Shown piece by piece: positions 37,351 to 46,232 of a DNA stretch of 64,000 nucleotides; position 1 is the first letter of the stretch; every line of letters begins with the position of its first letter. Location: the NCBI GenBank assembly GCA_017463985.1, contig JAFUEH010000005.1:2005-66004 (forward strand), read 5' to 3'. Below the pieces are notes generated by a model, which saw nothing but the letters and a program-made list of their open reading frames with translations, was not told where the DNA came from and ran no database searches. A program made the translations under genes and the position numbers. The DNA is from Eubacterium sp. (lineage in GTDB: Bacteria; Bacillota; Clostridia; Oscillospirales; Acutalibacteraceae).

Positions 37351-39696
37351 TCAAAGCCCTGCCACCAAACCGATCAGATGGACCGCCAGCGTTACCAACC
37401 ACGCCACGGCACATTGCCACACCACGACTCCGAATGCCGCTTTGCGCCCCAGCTCGCGCCTGATGGAGGTGATCGCCGCCACACAGGGCGTATACAACAG
37501 GCTGAACACCAGCAGGCACGCGGCTGACAGTGTGCTCATTGCTTCTGTAACGCCGGTGGAGGCAAACAAGATCTGCAGCACCGATACCACGCTTTCCTTT
37601 GCCATAAAGCCGCTGATCAGCGCCGTGCATATCTTCCAGTCGCCCAGCCCGATCGGCTTCATGACCGGCACCAGCACCGCGGCGATACGGGCAAGGATGC
37701 TGTCCTCAGTATCTGTTACCAAATTCAGCTTTAAGTCAAAGCTCTGCAACAGCCACACAACGATGGTAGCCACTAAAATCACCGTAAACGCCCGCTGCAG
37801 GAAATCCTTGGCTTTTTCCCACAGCAGCTGCAGCACGTTCTTCGCGCGCGGCAGACGGTAATTGGGGAGCTCCATCACAAACGGCACGGCTTCGCCCTTA
37901 AAGAGTGTATGCCGGAACAAAAAGGCCACCAGCACACCGACTGCAATTCCCAGCAGATACAGGCCGGTCATAATCAAGCCGCCCTGCTTTGGGAAGAAAG
38001 CATTCACAAAAAACGCATAAATCGGCAGCTTTGCCGTACAGCTCATGAACGGCGTCAGGAGGATCGTCATTTTTCTGTCGCGCTCACTGGGCAGCGTTCG
38101 GGTGGCCATCACCGCCGGCACCGTACAGCCGAAGCCAATCAGCATCGGCACAATGCTCCTGCCCGACAAGCCGATCTTGCGCAGCAGCTTGTCCATAAAG
38201 AACGCCACTCTGGCCGTATAACCGCTGTCCTCCAGAATGGACAGGAAGAAAAACAGGGTTACAATAATCGGCAAAAAGCTCAGCACACTGCCGACGCCTT
38301 CACACACCCCGTCGATCAGCAGCCCGTGTATCACAGCGTTGACGTGCCAGCTGCTCAAGGCCATATCCAGCATTTTCGTCAGCCCCTCGATCCCGTAGGC
38401 CAACACATCCTGCAGCCATGCGCCGATCACGTTAAAGGTCAGGAAAAAGATCGCCGCCATGATCGCAATAAACATCGGGATCGCCGTAAAGCGACCGGTC
38501 AGCAGCGCGTCAATTTTACGGCTGCGCAGGTATTCCTTGCTTTTTTTCGCCTTTTTTACACAGGCACCTGTAACGCCTTCAATAAAGGAAAAGCGCATTT
38601 CTGCGATGGCGGCGCTGCGATCCAGTCCGCGCTCGTTTTCCATCTGCAGGATCAGATGTTCCAACGTTTCCTTTTCATTCTGATCCAGCCGCAGCTTTTC
38701 TAAGATTAGCCGGTCGCCCTCCACCAGCTTCGTAGCGGCAAAGCGCAACGGCAGCTTCTCACGTTCAGCATGATCCTCGATCAAGTGCGCTACCGCGTGC
38801 AGACAACGGTGTACCGCGCCGCCGTGCTCGCTGCTGCTGCAAAAGTCCTGCTTGAGAGGCGCCTCCTGATAATGTGCAATATGTACTGCGTGCTCGACCA
38901 GCTCGTCGATGCCCTCGTTTTTTGCCGCCGCAATCGGTACGGTCGGCACGCCGAGCATCTTTTCCATTCGGTTAACGTCGATATAGCCGCCATTGCCGCG
39001 CAGCTCATCCATCATGTTTAAAGCCACCACGACGGGAATATCCAGCTCCAGCAGCTGCATCGTCAGGTACAGATTACGCTCGATATTGGTAGCGTCCACA
39101 ATATTGATGATCGCGTTAGGACGTTCATCGAGCACAAAATTCCTCGAAACCAGCTCCTCGCCGGAATACGGCGACATCGAGTAAATACCCGGCAGGTCCG
39201 TGATCAGCGTGTCCGGATGGTCTTTGATGACGCCGTCCTTGCGATCCACGGTAACGCCGGGGAAGTTGCCGATCCTTTGGTTGGCGCCGGTCAGCTGGTT
39301 AAACAGCGTCGTTTTGCCGCTATTTTGATTACCAACCAGCGCAAAGCGCAGTACCGTACCCTCCGGCAGAGGATCGCCGTCGCCCTTTTTGTGAAAGCGC
39401 CCCGCCTCACCGATACCGGGATGCTCATATTCCCGCTCCTCCTGCAGCACGGCACTGCCGGCGCTCAGGTGCTTGATCGGTTCTACCTCTATTTTCTCCG
39501 CGTCCGCCAGACGCAGGGTCAGCTCATAATCGTGCAGACGTATTTCCATCGGATCGCCCATTGGCGCCAGCTTAATTAACGTCAGCTCATTACCGGGGAT
39601 CACGCCCATATCCAGCGTATGCTGCCGCAACGCACCGTTACCGCCGACCGACAGGATGCGCGCGTGCTCACCGATTTTCAGTTCATTCAGCTTCAT
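37351..39696 (-). CDS. feoB: Ferrous iron transporter FeoA-FeoB fusion
   Basis: N-terminal FeoA (LKIGEHARILSV...), G-domain GNQNSGKTTLFNQLTG, polytopic permease. Confidence 0.95.
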   Translation of the reverse strand: MKLNELKIGEHARILSVGGNGALRQHTLDMGVIPGNELTLIKLAPMGDPMEIRLHDYELTLRLADAEKIEVEPIKHLSAGSAVLQEEREYEHPGIGEAGRFHKKGDGDPLPEGTVLRFALVGNQNSGKTTLFNQLTGANQRIGNFPGVTVDRKDGVIKDHPDTLITDLPGIYSMSPYSGEELVSRNFVLDERPNAIINIVDATNIERNLYLTMQLLELDIPVVVALNMMDELRGNGGYIDVNRMEKMLGVPTVPIAAAKNEGIDELVEHAVHIAHYQEAPLKQDFCSSSEHGGAVHRCLHAVAHLIEDHAEREKLPLRFAATKLVEGDRLILEKLRLDQNEKETLEHLILQMENERGLDRSAAIAEMRFSFIEGVTGACVKKAKKSKEYLRSRKIDALLTGRFTAIPMFIAIMAAIFFLTFNVIGAWLQDVLAYGIEGLTKMLDMALSSWHVNAVIHGLLIDGVCEGVGSVLSFLPIIVTLFFFLSILEDSGYTARVAFFMDKLLRKIGLSGRSIVPMLIGFGCTVPAVMATRTLPSERDRKMTILLTPFMSCTAKLPIYAFFVNAFFPKQGGLIMTGLYLLGIAVGVLVAFLFRHTLFKGEAVPFVMELPNYRLPRAKNVLQLLWEKAKDFLQRAFTVILVATIVVWLLQSFDLKLNLVTDTEDSILARIAAVLVPVMKPIGLGDWKICTALISGFMAKESVVSVLQILFASTGVTEAMSTLSAACLLVFSLLYTPCVAAITSIRRELGRKAAFGVVVWQCAVAWLVTLAVHLIGLVAGL

Positions 39697-39774
39697 AAGA
39701 CACCTTCTTTACTCAGCCCGTATATCATAGTTTTGCTATTATACTATATATATGACAGAATGTCCATAGCGCTT

Positions 39775-40443
39775 TTACAGATTGTCGGCTGCATCGCCGC
39801 AAAGAATGAAATGACGGCGGCGGAAATCGATGATACCGTCGCGTTTCATTTTTCCAAGCTCTTTAGAAAGTGCGGTGCGCTCCACGTTCAGATAATCCGC
39901 CAGCTGCTGGCGGTCAAAAGGAATATCAAATTCCTTGCTCTGTTTTTTTAAAGAAACACTGTTCAAATATGCCTCCACTCTTTCCCTGATCGTTTTAGGA
40001 GAAATATGAAATGCTCTGCCTGACAGCATCAAATTTTTCCTTGCCGAGATGAGCAAAAGATTTTGGAGGAATTTAATATGCCAGTCGGACGGCTCACCTT
40101 TCGGCTTATCGCCAACGTTCAAAAACAGAATGCGGCAGTCCTCGTTTGCGCGGACATCCACCAGCATTGGTTCGTTACCTAAAATTGCATATACCTCTGC
40201 AAAAAAGTCGCCTATTTCGGCAATACTTAAAATAGTGCGGTTACCCCAAAAATCATTGTTTTCTATCGTTACGCTGCCCTCAAGGACAATACCGAACGCC
40301 TTGGTAATGTTGCCGGCAAGGAGTACGGTTTCCCCTTTTTGATAATGCTTTTCTTCTGATCGGAAAACAGAAAGCGCCTGCGCTATTTCCTCCTCCTGCA
40401 TCGTCCGAAAGACAGGCGATTCTTTTAGTTCAAAAATATTCAA
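39775..40443 (-). CDS. Crp/Fnr-family transcriptional regulator
   Basis: cNMP-binding-like barrel plus C-terminal HTH RQQLADYLNVERTALSKELGKMKRDGII. TTG start at 40443 (LNIFELKESPVFR) behind AAGGATGA; alternative ATG at 40401. The 348-aa ORF-track version runs through the promoter region and is discounted. Confidence 0.85.
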   Translation of the reverse strand: MNIFELKESPVFRTMQEEEIAQALSVFRSEEKHYQKGETVLLAGNITKAFGIVLEGSVTIENNDFWGNRTILSIAEIGDFFAEVYAILGNEPMLVDVRANEDCRILFLNVGDKPKGEPSDWHIKFLQNLLLISARKNLMLSGRAFHISPKTIRERVEAYLNSVSLKKQSKEFDIPFDRQQLADYLNVERTALSKELGKMKRDGIIDFRRRHFILCGDAADNL

Positions 40444-40467
40444 AAAATCATCATCCTTTTTGTTTTT

Positions 40468-40483
40468 TGTGGTAATAACCACA
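40468..40483. promoter_or_regulatory. Crp/Fnr-type palindromic box TGTGG-N6-CCACA
   Basis: TGTGGTAATAACCACA. Its centre lies at -41.5 relative to the TSS predicted from the TATACT -10 at 40505-40510, and at about +9..+24 of the divergent regulator transcript. Confidence 0.55.
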
Positions 40484-40497
40484 TACAATTCGGTTTG

Positions 40498-40526
40498 ATT
40501 ATAGTATACTACGCTTGTAAAGTCAA
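40498..40526 (-). promoter_or_regulatory. Consensus sigma-A promoter of the Crp/Fnr regulator gene
   Basis: Minus strand reads TTGACT (40526-40521), 17-nt spacer, TATAAT (40503-40498). It physically overlaps the + strand -10 element. Confidence 0.6.
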
Positions 40527-40545
40527 GGAAAGGAAGGCACTGAAT

Positions 40546-41577
40546 ATGGTTAAGGTTGCATTTTTTGACACAAAGAATTATGACCGCGAAGCCTTTGAGC
40601 GACTGAATAGCAAAGAGGTTGCGTTTAAGTTTTTTGAAACGAAGCTCAGCGAGGACACGGTTGAGCTGGCCAAAGGCTACGATGGCGTTTGCGTATTCGT
40701 TAATGACAACGTCAATCAAAACGTCATCGACAAGCTGTATGAATACGGCATCTGCTTTATCGTTTTGCGCTGCGCAGGCTATAACAATGTGGACGTAACG
40801 GCCGCCTTCGGCAAAATTCATGTCTTCCGCGTGCCGGCCTATTCACCTTATGCAGTGGCCGAACACGCCATGGCGCTGCTGTTGACCTCCATACGCCGTA
40901 TTCATAAGGCGTATATTCGCTCCAGAGATTTCAATTTCTCGTTAAACGGTTTAACCGGCTTTGACCTTCACGGCAAAACCGTCGGCGTCATCGGCGCCGG
41001 CAAGATCGGTACGGTTTTCATGAATATCTGCAAGGGCTTCGGCATGAACGTGCTGGCGTACGACCGCTTCCCGAGGGAAATGGACGGCGTACGTTTTACC
41101 GACCTTGATGAATTATTCAAAGAGAGCGACATCATTTCCCTTCACTGTCCGTTGACGGAGGAAACGAAGCATATCATCGGCTTTGATACCCTGCCCAAGC
41201 TGAAGAAGGGCGTGATGATTATCAACACCTCCCGCGGCGGACTGATTGATGCAGAAGCCTTGCTTCAGGGAATTAAGGACAGAAAAATCGGCGGCGCTTG
41301 CTTAGACGTATACGAGGAGGAAGCGGACATTTTCTTCAACGATAATTCAGGACACATTCTCGGTGACGATGTGCTGGCAAGGCTGATTTCCATGCCGAAT
41401 GTGATCGTGACCTCCCATCAGGCGTTCTTAACGCAGGAGGCACTGGATAATATTGCCGGCACCACGCTGCAAAACATTTTGGATTTTACCGAAAACAAGG
41501 ACAACGACAACGAAATTTGCTACCGCTGCGCCAATATCGGCAAATGCAAAAGCAGCAGAAAAAGCAAGTGCTTTTAG
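40546..41577 (+). CDS. ldhA: D-lactate dehydrogenase / D-isomer-specific 2-hydroxyacid dehydrogenase
   Basis: MVKVAFFDTKNYDREAF..., GVIGAGKIGT NAD fold, TSHQAF. Unusual Cys-rich C-terminal tail. RBS AAGGAAAGGAAGG. Confidence 0.85.
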   Translation: MVKVAFFDTKNYDREAFERLNSKEVAFKFFETKLSEDTVELAKGYDGVCVFVNDNVNQNVIDKLYEYGICFIVLRCAGYNNVDVTAAFGKIHVFRVPAYSPYAVAEHAMALLLTSIRRIHKAYIRSRDFNFSLNGLTGFDLHGKTVGVIGAGKIGTVFMNICKGFGMNVLAYDRFPREMDGVRFTDLDELFKESDIISLHCPLTEETKHIIGFDTLPKLKKGVMIINTSRGGLIDAEALLQGIKDRKIGGACLDVYEEEADIFFNDNSGHILGDDVLARLISMPNVIVTSHQAFLTQEALDNIAGTTLQNILDFTENKDNDNEICYRCANIGKCKSSRKSKCF

Positions 41578-41593
41578 CAGAAAGAGGTTATGT

Positions 41594-42301
41594 ATGATCA
41601 GAAAAATTATTAAAATTGATGAAGATAAATGCAACGGCTGCGGTTTATGCGCCGACGCCTGCCACGAGGGAGCGATTGACATCGTTGACGGCAAGGCAAA
41701 ATTAGTCAGAGAGCATTTTTGCGACGGCTTCGGAGATTGTTTGCCGAACTGTCCGACGGGAGCGATCACCTTTGAAGAAAGAGAAGCGCCTGCTTATGAT
41801 GAAAAAGCGGTCAAAACCGCACAGGAGGAGAAGAAAATGACAATACATAATCATCAGGGCGGCTGCCCAGGTTCAAGAATGATGCAGTTTCACAAAAACG
41901 AAGCAGAAGAAACACCGGTCGTTACCGGCAAGCCGGTATCCAGGCTACAGCAATGGCCTGTTCAAATTAAGCTGTTACCAACGCAGGCTCCGTTTTATGA
42001 CGGCGCCAAGCTACTGATTGCCGCAGATTGCACCGCTTATGCGTATGCGAATATGCATGAGGAATTTATGAAGGGAAAAGTTACGCTGATCGGCTGCCCA
42101 AAGCTCGATATGGTGGACTACACCGAAAAGCTGACAGAAATTATTTCTAACAATGACATTAAGAGCGTAACGATCGTGCGCATGGAGGTGCCGTGCTGCG
42201 GCGGCTTACAAAGAGCGGCGGAGCAGGCGCTGAAAAACAGCGGAAAGTTTATTCCGTGGCAGGTAGTTACTATTTCAAGAGACGGACAGATTTTAGACTA
42301 A
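41594..42301 (+). CDS. 4Fe-4S dicluster domain protein
   Basis: CNGCGLCADACHEGAI ... CDGFGDCLPNCPTGAI ferredoxin N-terminus. C-terminal domain with CPKLD ... MEVPCCGGL. Confidence 0.75.
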   Translation: MIRKIIKIDEDKCNGCGLCADACHEGAIDIVDGKAKLVREHFCDGFGDCLPNCPTGAITFEEREAPAYDEKAVKTAQEEKKMTIHNHQGGCPGSRMMQFHKNEAEETPVVTGKPVSRLQQWPVQIKLLPTQAPFYDGAKLLIAADCTAYAYANMHEEFMKGKVTLIGCPKLDMVDYTEKLTEIISNNDIKSVTIVRMEVPCCGGLQRAAEQALKNSGKFIPWQVVTISRDGQILD

Positions 42302-42311
42302 GGAGGATATT

Positions 42312-42998
42312 ATGAGCTATTCGGATTGGAAAGACAAAGTAAGTGATTTTAAAACGATTGACGTCAGAGGAATTCAGGGTAATTTCTTTCAGGGAATAAA
42401 AAAGCAGGCGATGAACACACCCGTTGGCGAAGGGCTTGAAATTGTACAGAGCTTTGACCCGATTCCGCTGTATGAGGTGATGGAGAGCCTCGGCTTTGAA
42501 GCGCACACCGAGCAGGTTGCGAACAACGAATTTCACGCCTACTTTTACAGAGCAGAGCAAAAGCAGGACAGTGGCGATATTCCGATGCGACCGGCTGCAC
42601 TGACGAATATGCCGCTGATCGACGAGGAGTTGGGCAAGGTCGCCGTGCAGTTTTGGGATGTAACATGGAACAATGAGAAAAGACATCTGCCTTATGAAAT
42701 CCGTTTGCTGCTCTCCCTGACGAACGCCGTCGGTGCAGGCAGAATGAGGCAGGCAACAAGGGAGCTTGTAAAGGCGTACATTCACGGTCTTGACAGCGCC
42801 GCGCTGGACGATGTGTTTGAGCTGCTGGCATGGAATCAGGGCATCGGCTATTTCAGCTCCGAGATTGCGCCGTCCACTCTGTTCAAGGCCTACAAAACAA
42901 TTAAAAATATGGAAAGCAAGGGAAAGAGCCGCAACGAAATCAAAACAAAGCTGATGGCGGACTTCGGTGAGAAAAATCCCGATGTGAAGGTAATATAA
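42312..42998 (+). CDS. DUF2249 domain fused to AhpD/carboxymuconolactone-decarboxylase-like domain
   Basis: N-terminal IDVRGIQGNFFQGIKKQAMNTPVGEGLEIVQSFDPIPLYEVMESLGF (DUF2249 pattern). C-terminal LPYEIRLLLSLTNAVGAGRMRQATRELVKAY (AhpD-like helices, no CxxC). Confidence 0.65.
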   Translation: MSYSDWKDKVSDFKTIDVRGIQGNFFQGIKKQAMNTPVGEGLEIVQSFDPIPLYEVMESLGFEAHTEQVANNEFHAYFYRAEQKQDSGDIPMRPAALTNMPLIDEELGKVAVQFWDVTWNNEKRHLPYEIRLLLSLTNAVGAGRMRQATRELVKAYIHGLDSAALDDVFELLAWNQGIGYFSSEIAPSTLFKAYKTIKNMESKGKSRNEIKTKLMADFGEKNPDVKVI

Positions 42999-43217
42999 AT
43001 GAACATTAACAGAGATACAAAGTTAGCAGACCTGTTCGGAAATTATCCGTGGCTGATTGACGAGCTGGCCACGATCAACGACAAATTCAAAATGGTGAAA
43101 ACACCGATGGGAAAAATTATGCTCAAAAAGGCAACGATTGCCGAAATGTGTAAAAAATCCGGAATGGATGAAGCCACTCTCATCAGCGAGATAGAGAAAC
43201 GGATAGAAAGAAGGTAA
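42999..43217 (+). CDS. DUF1858 domain protein
   Basis: 72 aa. TKLADLFGNYPWLIDELATINDKFKMVKTPMGKIMLKKATIAEMCKKSGMD matches the DUF1858 pattern. Confidence 0.7.
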   Translation: MNINRDTKLADLFGNYPWLIDELATINDKFKMVKTPMGKIMLKKATIAEMCKKSGMDEATLISEIEKRIERR

Positions 43218-43630
43218 TGATGCAGCACGAATGTAAGATAACCGTTTTGGAAACGAAGGTGTTTCCGGAACTGCAAGAGAAATATCTTGCCAATCCAAAG
43301 TCCGGCCCGTGTCCGTTCTTTAAGAAAGGCGATACCTTTGTTCTCAAAAGAACACCGGAACAGGACGATTTCTACCATTTGATGAATGGCAGGTTCTGCG
43401 GTGAGGCTTGGGATGCTATCAGCCGTTATGTTTATGCTGCTCTGCAAGGCGGTGCAATTATGAAAAACTGGACGAATGACGACCGTATGATGATCGCCTG
43501 CTGCAATGACGGAACCAGACCGGTTATATTCAAAATTGAAAGGATTGACACTCCCGAAACACAGGAAGAAAAGGAATGGCTTGAAAAGCAGAATTTTAAG
43601 AACACCGTGGATGATGCTTATACCGGATAG
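43217..43630 (+). CDS. TIGR04076-family protein
   Basis: CKITVLETKVFPELQEKY...GPCPFFKKGDTF...FCGEAWDAISRYVYAALQGG...CCNDGTRPVIFKIERI. Confidence 0.7.
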   Translation: MMQHECKITVLETKVFPELQEKYLANPKSGPCPFFKKGDTFVLKRTPEQDDFYHLMNGRFCGEAWDAISRYVYAALQGGAIMKNWTNDDRMMIACCNDGTRPVIFKIERIDTPETQEEKEWLEKQNFKNTVDDAYTG

Positions 43631-43726
43631 AGAATAAGCCGTGAATACGGATGGAAAAAGACCAGCGCCTCTCGTTATACGTCGCACCATTTTTCCATAA
43701 CGCAATATAAAAATTATAGGTATACC

Positions 43727-43762
43727 AAAAACGCCCTGCAAGCTGATGCTTGCAGGGCGTTA
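43727..43762. terminator. Bidirectional terminator
   Basis: AACGCCCTGCAAGC-TGAT-GCTTGCAGGGCGTT perfect 14-bp stem. Confidence 0.8.
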
Positions 43763-43767
43763 CACGG

Positions 43768-44577
43768 TTATTGTATTTTCTCGGTAAAAAAGTCATAGAG
43801 TCTTTGACGAAAATCCGGCGCCGTGTCATAGACAGCGTGACCGTAGCCGTCGTACAGCAGCAGGGTGCACGGCCGATCCCGCAGCAGTGAAGCGATCGCG
43901 TGCGTTGCCTCCACGCCAAGCACGGCGTCAGTCTGATCCCCTGCTATCAGCACGGGACACGCGATAGCCGACAGCTCACGGGTAGCGTCAAAGCCGACAG
44001 TACCCGTTGCAAGAATCACGAAACGCTTTAGCTCCTCTTCCGTTACACCGGCAGCGGCAGCAACCAGCGCAGCGCGGTATGAGGCAAAAACAGCTGGCGG
44101 ATATACCGCTTTCCCGAAAGATAAGTACAAACCTTCCCTGTCCCCTTTCTCCGCCAGCGCGATCCACTGTCCGATCACGGGCTGCGCCTCCTCGCGTACG
44201 GAAGCCGCGGTAGAGCACAGCGCTAATTTTGATACCAGTGACGGATAGCGTGCCGCCACGGTCATGGCGATCATGCCGCCCTGCGAAGCGCCGAACAGGC
44301 AAATATTTTTTAATCCGAGCCGCCTGATTGCCGTTGCCGTATCCTCGGCCATATCGCTGACAGAATACAAGTCCGGCAGCTCGTTACGGCGGTCAAACAC
44401 ATAGACTGTGAAAGCCTCCGCCATCACTGCATATTCCTCAGCAATCGCCGCGGCAGCGCCCATCACGCTCTGAACGCTCAGTCCAGGCAGGATGACCATC
44501 GTTTGGCTGCCGCTGCCGAAGCAAAAATAATCCATCGTAAAATCGGCGGCTACTACTGTACCTCTTTGCATCGTCAT
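43768..44577 (-). CDS. Alpha/beta hydrolase
   Basis: Nucleophile elbow FGASQGG, C-terminal GYGH. Confidence 0.8.
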   Translation of the reverse strand: MTMQRGTVVAADFTMDYFCFGSGSQTMVILPGLSVQSVMGAAAAIAEEYAVMAEAFTVYVFDRRNELPDLYSVSDMAEDTATAIRRLGLKNICLFGASQGGMIAMTVAARYPSLVSKLALCSTAASVREEAQPVIGQWIALAEKGDREGLYLSFGKAVYPPAVFASYRAALVAAAAGVTEEELKRFVILATGTVGFDATRELSAIACPVLIAGDQTDAVLGVEATHAIASLLRDRPCTLLLYDGYGHAVYDTAPDFRQRLYDFFTEKIQ

Positions 44578-44881
44578 ATCCGTCCCCTCCTTGGCAGTTC
44601 ATTTTTTATGGAGCTATCGTCTGTTTTTGTTTTCGTTCGTATTCTATACTATTGGCCTCAAAATATCAATAGCGTATCATAAAAAACTCAAAACTGCTGC
44701 CGGCTTCAGCCCAAACACACATCAGCTGAAACGCGACAGCCAAGGCTGACAGAACCGATACGGTGTAAAAATTGTCTAAAAATTTTTGCAGAAACAATTG
44801 ACTTATACAATAGAAAGTATTAGTATAGGTAGCCGAAGATTGACAAATCTTTAACAATATTTTTTCCTGGAGGGATTTTTT

Positions 44882-46105
44882 ATGGCAAGATTTACATTAC
44901 CGCGCGACGTATATCACGGCGAAAACGCGCTGGAAGCGCTGAAAAGCTTTAAGGGCAAGAAGGCGATTATCTGCGTAGGCGGCGGTTCGATGAAGCGTTT
45001 CGGCTTCCTTGACAAAGCACAGGCCTATCTGGAAGAAGCCGGTATGGAGGTTAAGATTTTTGACGGTATCGAGCCAGATCCGTCTGTTGAAACCGTTATG
45101 AAGGGTGCCGAGGTAATGCTCGACTTTGAACCTGACTGGATCGTTGCCATCGGCGGCGGCTCACCGATCGACGCTGCAAAAGCGATGTGGATCAAGTACG
45201 AATATCCTGAATGCACCTTCGAGGATATGTGCAAGGTGTTCGGCATTCCCGAGCTGCGCAGAAAGGCTAAGTTCTGTGCGGTTTCCTCCACCTCCGGTAC
45301 GGCTACCGAGGTGACAGCCTTCTCTATTATCACCGACTATGCAAAGGGCATTAAGTACCCGATCGCTGACTTTGAGATCACGCCTGATGTCGCCATCGTT
45401 GATCCGGCGCTGGCTCAGACTATGCCGAAGAAGCTGGTAGCACATACCGGTATGGACGCTATGACGCACGCAGTGGAGGCGTATGTTTCTACCGCTAACT
45501 GCGATTACACGGATCCGCTCGCGATTCATGCAATTGAAATGATCATGAACGACCTTGTTCCGTCCTATAACGGCGACACCGAGGCCAGAAACCGTATGCA
45601 CAACGCACAGTGCCTTGCCGGCATGGCATTTTCCAACGCACTGCTCGGTATCGTTCACTCTATGGCGCATAAGACCGGCGCTGCTTTCGCAGACTACGGC
45701 GCGCACATTATCCACGGTGCTGCTAACGCCATGTATCTGCCGAAGGTCATCGCCTTCAACGCGAAGGACGAAACGGCCAAGAAGAGATACGGCGTCATCG
45801 TTGATTACATGGGCATCGCTGATAAAAATGCGTCTGACGACGATAAGGTCGCAGCGCTGATCGCTTATCTCAGAAAGATGAACGACGATCTCAACATTCC
45901 TCACGGCATTCAGCACTACGGCGCTGACAGCTATCCGACCGAGCAGGGCTTTGTACCGGAGGAGGTCTTCCTGGAAAGACTGCACGACATCGCCGTTAAC
46001 GCCATCGGTGACGCTTGCACGGGCTCTAACCCGCGTCAGCCTTCTGTGGAGGAAATGGAAAAGCTGCTGAAGTGCTGCTACTATGATACCGAGGTTGACT
46101 TTTAA
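44882..46105 (+). CDS. Iron-containing alcohol dehydrogenase
   Basis: Fe-ADH motifs GGGSPIDAAK, SGTATEVT, HxxxH metal site. RBS TGGAGGGA. Confidence 0.9.
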   Translation: MARFTLPRDVYHGENALEALKSFKGKKAIICVGGGSMKRFGFLDKAQAYLEEAGMEVKIFDGIEPDPSVETVMKGAEVMLDFEPDWIVAIGGGSPIDAAKAMWIKYEYPECTFEDMCKVFGIPELRRKAKFCAVSSTSGTATEVTAFSIITDYAKGIKYPIADFEITPDVAIVDPALAQTMPKKLVAHTGMDAMTHAVEAYVSTANCDYTDPLAIHAIEMIMNDLVPSYNGDTEARNRMHNAQCLAGMAFSNALLGIVHSMAHKTGAAFADYGAHIIHGAANAMYLPKVIAFNAKDETAKKRYGVIVDYMGIADKNASDDDKVAALIAYLRKMNDDLNIPHGIQHYGADSYPTEQGFVPEEVFLERLHDIAVNAIGDACTGSNPRQPSVEEMEKLLKCCYYDTEVDF

Positions 46106-46124
46106 CATCAAAAACTAACTGTCA

Positions 46125-46216
46125 GAAGGAGTCTTTGGAGATGCTCAAAGGCTCCTTTTCCATCGGTAACGCGCCGCATAAAACAACCGCTGCTTATGAA
46201 CATAAGCAGCGGTTGT
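46125..46216. terminator. Two terminator hairpins between convergent genes
   Basis: AAGGAGTCTTTGG...CAAAGGCTCCTT followed by TTTT (46125-46162, + strand). ACAACCGCTGCTTATG/CATAAGCAGCGGTTGT (46183-46216, T-run on the minus strand). Confidence 0.7.
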
Positions 46217-46232
46217 TGACGAATATTTTATA

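Noticed and set aside
40444-40821. N-terminal 126-aa extension of the Crp/Fnr ORF (ORF track 39775-40821)
   Set aside because: The extension runs through the intergenic promoters and antisense into ldhA, and it has no Crp-like sequence. The Crp fold begins at LNIFELKESPVFR with its own RBS.
45161-46111. 316-aa minus-strand ORF covering most of the Fe-ADH gene
   Set aside because: It is an antisense shadow ORF with a low-complexity R/V/G-rich product. The + strand frame has the Fe-ADH motifs and a good RBS.
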